Assembly (NCBI GenBank): GCA_030390025.1
Contig: JASTWF010000034.1
Span: 124,001 to 188,000 of the forward strand
Direction of reading: 5' to 3'
Source: Squalus acanthias
Lineage: Eukaryota
DNA length: 64,000 nucleotides
Shown: piece by piece, positions 21,780-31,849 of the stretch
Position numbering within the stretch: the stretch's first letter is position 1
How the letters are laid out: every line of letters begins with the position of its first letter
Made by a program: the position numbers and the translations under genes
Notes under the pieces: generated by a model
Database searches by the model: none
What the model saw: only the letters and a program-made list of their open reading frames with translations
Told to the model about the DNA's origin: nothing

Positions 21780-23640
21780 CACTACAGACTTCTTACAGAA
21801 ACTCAGCACCCACGGACCAGTTGAACCAGGAACACTCCTTGCCACGATGGACGTATCGGCACTCTACACCAGTATCCCCCACGATGACGGCATCGCTGCA
21901 ACAGCCTCAGTACTCAACATCAACAACAGCCAATCTCCAGACGCCATCCTACAACTCATCCGCTTCATCCTTGACCACAATGTCTTCACCTTCGACAACC
22001 ATTTTTTTACCCAAACACACGGAACAGCCATGGGGACCAAATTCGCACCCCAATACGCCAACATCTTCATGCACAAGTTCGAGCAAGACTTCTTCGCTGC
22101 ACAGGACCTCCAGCCAACGCTGTACACCAGATACATCGACGACATTTTCTTCCTTTGGACCCATGGCGAAGGATCACTGAAAAGACTACACGATAACATA
22201 AACAAGTTCCATCCCACCATCAAACTCACCATGGACTACTCCTCAGAATCGGTCTCATTCCTGGACACACGAATCTCCATCAAAGACGGACACCTCAGCA
22301 CTTCACTCTACCGCAAGCCCACGGACAACCTCACGATGCTCCACTTCTCCAGCTTCCACCCTAACCATGTTAAAGAAGCCATCCCCTATGGACAAGCCCT
22401 GCGAATACACAGGATCTGCTCAGACGAGGAGGAACGCGATGGACACCTACGGACGCTGAAAAACGCCCTCGTAAGAACGGGATATGACGCTCGACTCATC
22501 GATCGACAGTTCCGACGGGCCACAGCGAAAAATCGCATAGACCTCCTCAGAAGGCAAACACGGGACACAACCAACAGGGTACCCTACGTCGTCCAGTACT
22601 TCCCCGGAGCGGAGAAACTACGACATGTTCTTCGCAGCCTTCAACATGTCATCGATGACGACAAACACCTCACTAAGGCCATCCCCACGCCTCCACTACT
22701 TGCCTTCAAACAGCCGCCTAACCTCAGAAGTACCATCGTTCGCAGCAAATTACCCAGCTTTCAGGATAACAGCGACCACGACACCACACAACCCTGCCAT
22801 GGCAAACTCTGCAAGACATGCCAGATCATCAACACAGATACCACCATCACACGTGAGGACACTACCCACCAGGTACATGGTACATACTCATGTGACTCGG
22901 CCAACGTTGTCTACCTCATACGTTGCAGGAAAGAATGCACCGCGGCATGGTACATCGGCGAGACCATGCAGACACTGAGACAACGTATGAACGAGCACCG
23001 CGCAACAATCGCCAGGCAGGATTGTTACCTCCCAGTCGGGGAACACTTCAGCAGTCAAGGACATTCAGCCTCGGATCTGCGGGTAAGCGTTCTCCAAGGC
23101 AACCTTAGAAACACACGACAACGCAAAATCATCGAGCAGAAACTGATAGCCAAGTTCTGCACTCATGAAGACGGTCTCAATCGGGATCTTGGGTTTATGT
23201 CACGATACATGACGTGATCCGGACTCGAGTCGTCGTTAGCTTGTTCACAGATGTGATTCCCAGTAAAAAAGTAAAAATTTTCCCAGTAAAAAAGTAAATT
23301 TTTTTTTTTTAAAGCTTTTCGTTTTACATACAGACGGCAGCTTTTGACACGTTAGAACCCCTGCGACTTCACCTCATTGTCTCAGTTGTATCTTGCTATG
23401 TCTTTTGATGTGGTACCTTCCTGGCTGACTTAATTAACTTTATCACACCTCGGCAGATAGTCAGGATGATTTAATTTATTGGTCTGCAATTGTAAAGTAC
23501 ACATGCTTTTTTTTCCATCTATATATGCTCTGACGATTCTGTATCCAATTTACTTCACCTGAGGAAGGAGCGATAGTTCCGAAAGCTTGTGATTTCAAAT
23601 AAAACTGTTGGACTATAACCTGGTGTTGTGCGACCTCTCA
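21780..23640 (+). mobile_element. 5'-truncated Penelope-like element (RT plus Cys-rich linker plus GIY-YIG; Neptune-like)
   Basis: DVSALYTSIP, GTAMG, RYIDD, SLYRKPT, CHGKLCKTC, VVYLIRC..YIGET..R..EH, GLN. Abrupt composition switch. ATAGA duplicated at 21775-21779 and 23641-23645. Confidence 0.92.
23555..23592 (+). ncRNA. Minimal type-I hammerhead ribozyme in the Penelope 3' region
   Basis: tcac-CTGAGGA-a-ggagc-gata-gttcc-GAAA-gctt-gtga: stem I tcac/gtga, stem II hairpin and palindromic AAGCTT stem III. Confidence 0.75.
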
Positions 23641-24524
23641 ATAGAATATAAGAGCAGGGAGGTTATGATGTAGCTGTACAAAATGCTAGTTAGGCCACAG
23701 CTGGAATACTGTGTGCATTTCTGGTCGCCACACTATAGGAAGGATGTGATTGCATTGGAGAGGGTGCAGAGGAGATTCACCAGGATGTTACCTGGGCTGG
23801 AGCACTTCAGCTATGAAGAGAGACTGGACAGGCTGGGGTTGTTTTCCTTAGAGCAGAGAAGGCTGAGAGGGGACCTGATTGAGGTGTACAAAATTATGAG
23901 GGGCATAGATAGGGCAGATAGAAAGGAACTTTTCCCCTTAGTAGAGGGGTCAATAACCAGGGGTCATAGTTTCAAGGTAAGGGGCAGGAGGTTTAGAGGG
24001 GATTTGAGGAAAAACCTTTTCACCCAGAGGGTGGTTGGAATCTGGAACTCACTGCCTGAAAGGGTGGTAGAGGCAGGAACCCTCACAACATTCAAGAAGC
24101 ATTAGATGAGCTCTTGAAACGCCATAGCATACAAGGCTACGGACCAAGTGCTGGAAAATGGGATAAGAATAGACAGGGCTTGATGGCCGGTGCGGACACG
24201 ATGGGCCGAAGGGCCTCTTTCTGTGCTGTATAACTCTATGACTCTCTGAAATATTGTTTCCACAGATTGGGTTTGAATTTACCCCCTTCAAGCGCAGGCC
24301 GTGTCCTCTGGTTCTACTGTTCTGGACAGGGTGAAATAACTTGTCGTGCTTGACATTATCCAGTCCCTTTAGAATCCTTAAAACAGCAATCCTATCACCT
24401 CTCCACCTTCTCTTTCCAGTGTGAACAGGCCCAGTTTACATAACCTGGACATGCTGGCTCCAAACTAGAGATAATTTCTACACAAACCCTTTGATGCTTC
24501 TTAAGTTGCATTAACTGACACGTC

Positions 24525-25295
24525 ACAGAATGATAGAATGATGCAGCACAGAAGGAGGTAATTCGGCCCATCGTGCCTGTGCCGACTCTTTGGTCAAGCT
24601 ATCCAATTAGTTCCACTCCCCTGCTCTTTCTCCATAGCCCTAAACTATTTCCCTTCGAGTATTTATCCAATTCCCATTTGCAAGTTATTATTGAATCTGC
24701 TTCCACCACACTTTCAGGCAGTGCATTCCAGATCACAACAACTCGCTGTGTAAAAAAAAAATCTCATGTCGCCTTTGCTTCTTTTACCAATCACATTAAA
24801 TCTTTGTCCTCTGGAAACCGACCCTTCTGCCATCGGAAACAGTCTCTCCTTATTTACTCTATCAAAACCGTTAATGATTTTGAACACCTCTGTCAAATCT
24901 TCTCTTAGCCTTCTCTGCTCTAAGGAGAACCCCAGCTTCTCCAGTCTCCCCACGTAACTGTAATCCCTCATCCCTGGTGCCATTCTAGTTAATCTCTTCC
25001 GCACCCTCTCTAAGGTCTTGACATCATTCCTAAATTGTGGTGCCCAGAATTGAACTAAATACTCCAGCTGAGGCCTAACCAGTGATTTACAAAGGTTTAG
25101 CCTAACTTCCTTGCTTTTGTACTCTATGCCTCTATTTATAAAGCTCAGGATCCCACATGGTTCTTTAACAGCCTTCTCAACTTGTCCTCCCACCTTCAAA
25201 GATTTGTGTACAGACACTCCCGGGTCTCTCTGTTCCTGCACCCCCATTAAAATTGTATCATTTAGTTTATATTGCTTCTCCTCATTCTTCATACC
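24525..25295 (-). mobile_element. CR1 3' fragment
   Basis: ORF 24714-25292(-): VHKSLKVGGQV...LVRPQLEY. Confidence 0.85.
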
Positions 25296-25297
25296 AA

Positions 25298-25885
25298 ATA
25301 TTGCTCATCTCCATCCCTGCTTCTCCATCTGCTGCTGAAACCCTCATCCATGCCTCTGTTACCTCCAGACTCGACTATTCGAATGCTGTCCTGGACGGCC
25401 TCCCATCTTCCATCCTCCATAAACTTCAGCTCATCCAACTCGCTTCTGCCCAAATCTTAACTTGCACCAAGTCCTGTTCACCCATCATCCCAGTGCTCGC
25501 TGACCTACATTGGCTTCTGGTCCAGCAACACGTCAAGTTTAAAATTCTCATCCTGGTTTTCAAATCTCTCCATGGCCTCGCCTTCCCCATCTCTGTAATC
25601 TCCCCCAGCCCTACAACCCCCCGAGATATCTGCACACCTCCAATTCTGGCCTCTTGAACATCCCCGATTCACTCCACCATTGGCAGCTGCACCATCAGCT
25701 GCCAAGGCCCTGAGCTCTGGAACTCCCTCCCTAAACCTCTCCACCTCTCCTCCTTTAAGACGCTCCTTAAAACCTAACACTTTGACTAAGCTTTTGGTCA
25801 TCTACCATAATATCTCCTTATGTGGCTCAGTGTCAAATTTTGTTTGATATCGCTCCTGTGAAGCGCCTTCGGATGTTTTATTGCA
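25298..25885 (+). mobile_element. L2-clade LINE 3' fragment
   Basis: AETLIHASVTSRLDYSNA...LHKLQLIQ...LADLHWL...KFKILILVFKSLHGLA, typical of the L2 C-terminus. Confidence 0.8.
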
Positions 25886-25994
25886 TCTTCGATTTTAAAA
25901 TTCTCATCCTTGTTTTCAAATCTCTCCATGGCCTTGCCCTGCCCTATTTCTGTCACCTCCTCTAGCTCTACAACTCTCTGAAAATTCCTTTTAC

Positions 25995-26405
25995 TTGGTC
26001 CATGTGTGGGAAGGGATTCACTTGTTCAACCAACCTCACTTCACATCAACTTGTTCACACTGATAAGAGACCTTTCAAATGTTCTGACGAAAGTTCATCG
26101 ACCTGAAATGTTAACTCTGTTTCTCTCTCCACAGTTGCTGCCTGACCTGTTGATTATTTCCAGCATTTTCTGTTTTGATTTCAGATTTCCAGCATCCGCA
26201 GTAAGTTGCTTTTGTTTTAAATGATCTGACTGTGAGAAGAGCTTTAAATTCCAAGGGATCTGCTTAATTACCAATGTACTCACACAGGGGAGAGACCATT
26301 CACTTGCTTCATGTATGGGAAGAGATTTAATCAGGAATCCAGCCGGTTGACTCACCAGCAAGTTCACAAGTGACAGCAGGGATTGGACTCTGCTGTTAAT
26401 AACAT
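25995..26405 (+). pseudogene. Degenerate C2H2 ZNF fragment with a small hammerhead-bearing insertion
   Basis: tgtgggaagggattcact...[13 protein letters not shown]...; ends cacaagtgacagc like the paralogs; frameshifted. Confidence 0.75.
26084..26215 (+). mobile_element. Short Penelope pLTR-like repeat with a degenerate hammerhead core
   Basis: CTGACGA-aagttc-atc-gacct-GAAA-tgtt. Flanked by an imperfect duplication aaatg(t/a)tctgac. Confidence 0.55.
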
Positions 26406-27145
26406 CCAGCAACTACAAAAACTTGCATTTATGTAGCGCCTTTAAGATAATAAAACATCCTAAGACTCGTCACAGGAGCATTAGCAAACAAAGTTTGACA
26501 CTGAGCCAAATATGGAGATATTAGGACAGGAGTAAATAAATCCAAGGACCACTTACACTGTGACACAAAATGCAGGGGCCACTTACATAGACATACCAAA
26601 TCCAGGGACCTCTAACACTGAGACACCAAATCCAGGGACCACTTACACAGAGACACAAATCCAGGGACACTTACACTGAGACTATAAATGGGAATCAGGG
26701 AGCCTCAGTATGGGGAATGGTCATGGTGGTGAATCCAGCTCAAGTGAGGGTGAAAGGCGGGTAATGGATGAAGATATGACGGTGGAATCAGATGGTGACG
26801 GTGGGGCCTGGTGACAGGTTATTGTCAGAAACCCTTTTCAGGCAGTCCAACGCTTGGATGTAACCAACGCAACACCTGGATCCACCGGTTCTTGTCCCCA
26901 AACCCAAAGTCTAATGTCCCTGATGTTTGTTTCTGTGAGAATTGTAGAGATGTGAAAGAAGGGAGGAAATCAGGCTCAGGCCAGAAAGAAGGTTCCTTGA
27001 ATGAACAATTCATGAGGCTGTTTTGTGACTAATTTGCATGAGGCTAAAAGCATGAAATGAAGAAGGACGTGTCTAGTGACACTGGTGTTGGCAATAGTGG
27101 TTTCTAACCTTAATCACTATCTCCTAAGCCTAATATCCTATCGAC

Positions 27146-27890
27146 TAACCCCAATCTCTAACCCAATCCTAACCAATAACCACTAGCCCCAAACACTAAC
27201 CCCAATCCTAACCAATAACCACTAGCTCCAACCACTAACCCCAATCCTGACCAATAACCACTAGCCCCAGCCACTAACCCCAATCCTGACCAATAACCAC
27301 TAGCCCCAAACACTAACCCCAATCCTGACCAATAACCACTAGCCCCAAACACTAACCCCAATCCTGACCAATAACCACTAGCCCCAACCATTAACCCCAA
27401 TCCTGACCAATAACCACTAGCCCCAAACACTAACCTCAATCCTGACTAATAACCACTAGCCCCAACCACTTACCCCAATCCTAACCAATAACCACTAGCC
27501 CCAAACACTAACCTCAATCCTGACCAATAACCACTAGCCCCAACCACTAACCCCAATCCTAACCAATAACCACTAACCCCAATCCTAACCAATAACCACT
27601 AACCCCAATCCTAACCAATAACCACTAGCCCCAACCACTAACTCCAATCCTAACCAAGAACCACTACCCCAAGCACTGACCCCAATCCTAACCAATAACC
27701 ACTAGCCCCAACCACTAACCCCAATCCTAACCAATAACCACTAGCCCCAACCACTAACTCCAATCCTAACCAATAACCACTAGCCCCAACCACTAACCCC
27801 AATCCTAACCAATAACCACTAGCCCCAGTCCTAACCAATAACTACTAGCCACAAACACTAACCCCACACCCGAACCCCAGCCCCTAACAA
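27146..27890. repeat. 39-bp telomere-like minisatellite
   Basis: Unit ccccaa-tcctaa-ccaataa-ccactag-ccccaa-ccactaa. Confidence 0.92.
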
Positions 27891-28200
27891 AGGATCATTG
27901 ACAGGGATCAATGGAGGAGCTAAAGATCTGATAATGGAAGTATTTGAAACAATTATCTCGATGAAAGAAATAGTGCAAGGTATGTTAGTAACAAGAGATT
28001 AAATCAATGAGACCAACAAGCTCAGAAATTACTATTACAAAGATCAGAACATTTCAAAGGCTGTCACATGCAATACGTGTGGAGGAGTTTTACTAAATTG
28101 GATCGAAAAAGTGTTAAATGATACAGAAAATAATAGATTTAAAATCTTATACAAGATAGTTCTGTAAAGAGATGGTTCAAAGGAATTTCAGATGAGTGTA

Positions 28201-28628
28201 CTCTTTTGTGCTAATAAATAAACTAACTTAACTTAAAACATTAAGGGAAGCTTAATAAATGTAATTAAAATTCCTCGTGATGATGCTCTCCAGCCCCTGC
28301 GGTGCCCACCGGTCACGGAAGTCCTGGAGCGTGCCGGCGGACACCGCGTGCTCCATCTCCAGGGCCACCCGGGCGCGAACGTGGCCGCGGGAGAGAGGTT
28401 CAGATGAGTGTACTCTTTTTGATTGGGTGTTTCAACAAAAAAGTCTGTAATTTAATAAAACTTTAAATAAAACTTAACAAATTCAATTAAAATTTGGTTG
28501 ACCGGGGTGATGATGCTCTCCAGTCCCTGCGGCGCCCACCGGTCGCGGAAGGCCTCAAGCGTGCCGGCGAACACCGCGTGCTCCATCTCCAGGGCCAACC
28601 TGGCGCGAACGTGGCCGCGGAAGAGAGG
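28201..28628 (-). mobile_element. Two tandem 5'-truncated Tx1-like LINE 3' ends
   Basis: The minus strand encodes RGHVRARVALEMEHAVSAGTLQDFRDRWAPQGLESII and a second near-identical copy. Separated and flanked by ttcagatgagtgta. Confidence 0.65.
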
Positions 28629-28994
28629 TTCAGATGAGTGTAAAGTGAGATACTACAGTTCAGTCTATGACACCCACAAGCCGTGTACTCAAACAGAATA
28701 AGTTTGAGGTTTGATGTGGTAGACAGTGAACTGGATGAGAACTGAAACAATCCAGAGTAAGAAAAGGCCCAAAAATGGAATAATCGGTAACAGAACATCA
28801 ATTAGTCTTCTCTTATCATGGAGAAATCAAATATTCGACACACTGTGTTTGAAACAACGCTGATTTATTAAATATTTATACAGAATATTAATCTCCATCC
28901 CATTTATAGGGGTTATTAAGATCATTCAAATCAAACTATAACTGCTAGAATGAACATGGTTCAGTCCTCAATTCAATCACAAAAAATAATTTTC

Positions 28995-29850
28995 TATTCA
29001 CTAATGTAGGGGGCACAATTAAAGTTTGCAGAAGATACAAAAATTGTGGTTGATAGTGAGAAAGAAAATTGTAGACTACAGGAAGATATCGATGGACTGG
29101 TCAGGTGGGCAGAAAAGTGGCAAATGGAATTCAATCTGGAGAAGTGTGAGGTAATGCATTTGGGGAGGGCTAACAAGACAAGGGAATACATAATAAATGG
29201 TAGGATACTGAGAAGTGTAGAGGAACAGAGGATTCTTGGAGTGCCTGTCCACAGATCCCTGAAGGACAGGTGGATAAGGTGGTTAAGAAGGCATACGGAA
29301 GACTTTCCTTTATTAGCCGAGGCATAGAATATAAGAGCAGGGAGATTATGCTTGAATTGTATAAAATACTGGTTAGGCCACAGCTAGAATACTGCGTGCA
29401 GTTCTGGTCACCACATTACAGGAAAGATGTGATTGCAATAGAGAGGGTACAGAGGAGATTTATGAGGATGTTGCCAGGACTGAAGAATTTTAGCTATGAG
29501 AATAGATTGGATAGGCTGGGGTTGTTTTCTTTGGAACAGAGGAGGCTGAGAGGAGATTTAATTGAGGTGTATCAAACTATGAGGGGGTGAGATAGAGTGG
29601 ATAGGAAGGACCTATTTCCCTTAGCAGTGAGGTCAATAACCAGGGGGCATGGATTTAAAGTGATTGGCAGAAGGATTAGTGGGGAGTTGAGAACTTTATT
29701 CACCCAGAGGGTGGTGGGGGTCTGGAACTCACTGTCTGAAAATGTGGTCGAGGCAGAAACTCTCGTATTTAAAAAGTACTTGGATATGCACCTGAAGTGC
29801 CGAAACCAACAGGGCTACAGACCAAGAACTGTAAAGTGGGATTAGACTGG
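28995..29850 (+). mobile_element. CR1 RT 3' fragment
   Basis: LQEDIDGLVRWAEKWQMEFN, LVRPQLEYCVQFW. Confidence 0.87.
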
Positions 29851-30254
29851 GTTTTGTGTTTAGTGATCCCGGGCGTGTTACAGAGACATTCCCTGGATAC
29901 CAAGGCTAGGAGAGGCACTCTGGAAGGTATGGAGAGCTGGGACTTGTCCATGAGAGTAACCGAAGGTATGAGAACTGAAATAATCTAGAGTTAGAAAGGA
30001 GAAAAGGCCCAAAAATGGAGCAGTCAGTAACAGGACATCAAATAGTCTCCTCTTATCTTGGAGAAATCAAGGACTCGACACACTGTGTGTTTGAATCAAA
30101 GCTGATTTATTTGACAGATATCAAAATATTAAACTCCAGCCCAGTTATAGGGTTATTAACATCAGCAGAAACAAACCCCAACTGTCAGAATTAACATGGT
30201 TCACTCCCGGATGTGATTAACAGGAGCAATAACAACAGAATCCAACCTCTGCAG

Positions 30255-31293
30255 TCATTTGTGAACTCGTTGGTGTCTCAGAAGGGTGGATGACCGGGTG
30301 AATCCCTTCCCACACACGGAGCAGGTGAACGGCCTCTCCCCAGTGTGAACTCGCTGGTGTGTCAGCAGGTTGGATGACTGAGTGAATCCCTTCCCACACA
30401 CGGAGCAGGTGAATGGCCTCTCCCCAGTGTGAATTCGCTGGTGTGTCAGCAGATGGGATGACAGAGCAAGTCCCTTCCCACATACGGAGCAGGTGAACGG
30501 CCACTCCCCCGTGTGAACTCGCTAGTGTGTCAGCAGGTGAGATGACTGAGTGAATTCCTTCCCACACACGGAGCAGGTGAACGGCCTCTCCCCAGTGTGA
30601 ACTCGCTGGTGTGTCAGAAGATCCCTTGTGCTTATAAAGCTCTTCTCACAGTCAGAACATTTAAAAGGTCTCTTATCAGTGTGAACAAGTTGATGTGAGG
30701 TGAGGCTGGATGACAGAGTGAATCCCTTCCCACACTCAGAGCAGGTGAATGGCCTCTCCCCTGTGTGAAGTTGCTGGTGTATCAGCAGATAGAATGGCCA
30801 AGTGAATCCCTTCCCACACACGGAGCAGGTGAACGGTCTCTCCCCAGTGTGACTGCGTCGATGAGCTTCCAGCTGGGAAGGGTAATTGAATCCCTTCCCA
30901 CAGTCCCCACATTTCCACGGTTTCTCCGTGGTGCGGGTGTCCTTGTGTCTCTCCAGGTTGGACGATCAGTTGAAGCCTCGTCCACACACAGAACACGTGT
31001 ACGGTTTCTCCCCGCTGTGAACGGTGCGATGTTTTTTCAGGCTGTGTAACTGGTTAAAGCTCTTTCCACAGTCAGTGCACTGGAACACTCTCACTCGGGT
31101 ATGTGTGTCTCGGTGCTTTTCCAGTCACACTGATGTTTGAAATCTTTTCCCACAGACAGAACAGACAAACATTTCTCCTTCCACATTCAAAGGCCGATGA
31201 TATTCGGGTCCTGATGAATGGAGTGACTCTGTCAGATCTTGAGGTGATGTTTGGTTTGAGTTTGCGGTGTGTAAATGCTGCCCTTCTCACAGC
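30255..31293 (-). pseudogene. C2H2 ZNF copy 3, probable pseudogene (8 fingers after the leader)
   Basis: Finger array with internal TAG at 30522-30524, ACG instead of ATG at the MEKPW position, acceptor at 31294/31293. Confidence 0.8.
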
Positions 31294-31369
31294 CTGTAAA
31301 AGGAGTTTCCAAAAGCCATGACTGAGAGTCCAGGATAGAAATGGACAAGATTCTCTCCTCCTGGTTCCT

Positions 31370-31770
31370 GGCCACGGGGGCCGCGCATGCGCCCTGCTGC
31401 CCCCTGAGCCTGTCAAGATGGCGGCCGTTAACCCGGGCCTGTCACCGGGAGAAAGCCCCGCAGCTGCCGCCCCGCTCGGGGCAAACGCCCGGCCCGGAGG
31501 CTCTTGTTCGGGGCCTGATGCCCACCCCGGGTGTTTATAAAGCCTCCCCGCCGGTTCTATTGCTTCCCTGCGCTCCGCCGCCTTCTCCCGCTCCGGAATC
31601 TTCACACCGCCTTCCGGCGCCATCATCCGACTGCCGGCACTGCGCATGTGTGGGACCCGCCCCGTACCGAGCCCGCCCCACGCCTGCGCACACCGGGCCC
31701 TGCAGCATTGATAGGGCCTATTCTAGCTCGCGGAGTATTCTGGGTAATAACCAGCGCCATGTTGGTCAAC
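31370..31770 (-). promoter_or_regulatory. CpG-rich promoter region of ZNF copy 3
   Basis: 31255-31535 is an inverted near-copy of 17420-17700. YY1-like aagatggcggc, NRF1-like gcgcatgcgc and GC boxes. Confidence 0.65.
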
Positions 31771-31849
31771 AAGAATGTGGAGGAAAACTGATTGGAACAG
31801 CTGAGGTCAGAGATACCTTTGGAGCAGGGAATAGGAGGAGGATGAGCGG

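Larger units (their letters stand above)
20657..24245 (+). mobile_element. CR1 family B, 5'-truncated, interrupted by a Penelope-like element
   Basis: RT at 20689-21779 (FAVD, catalytic mutation). Resumes at 23641 to the ctatgact tail. Confidence 0.9.
26540..28995 (+). repeat. Segmental duplication copy A (copy B at about 34606-36878)
   Basis: Colinear similarity through caccaaatccagggacc, the 39-bp array, the Tx1 fragment and an orphan ZNF 3'UTR. Confidence 0.85.
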
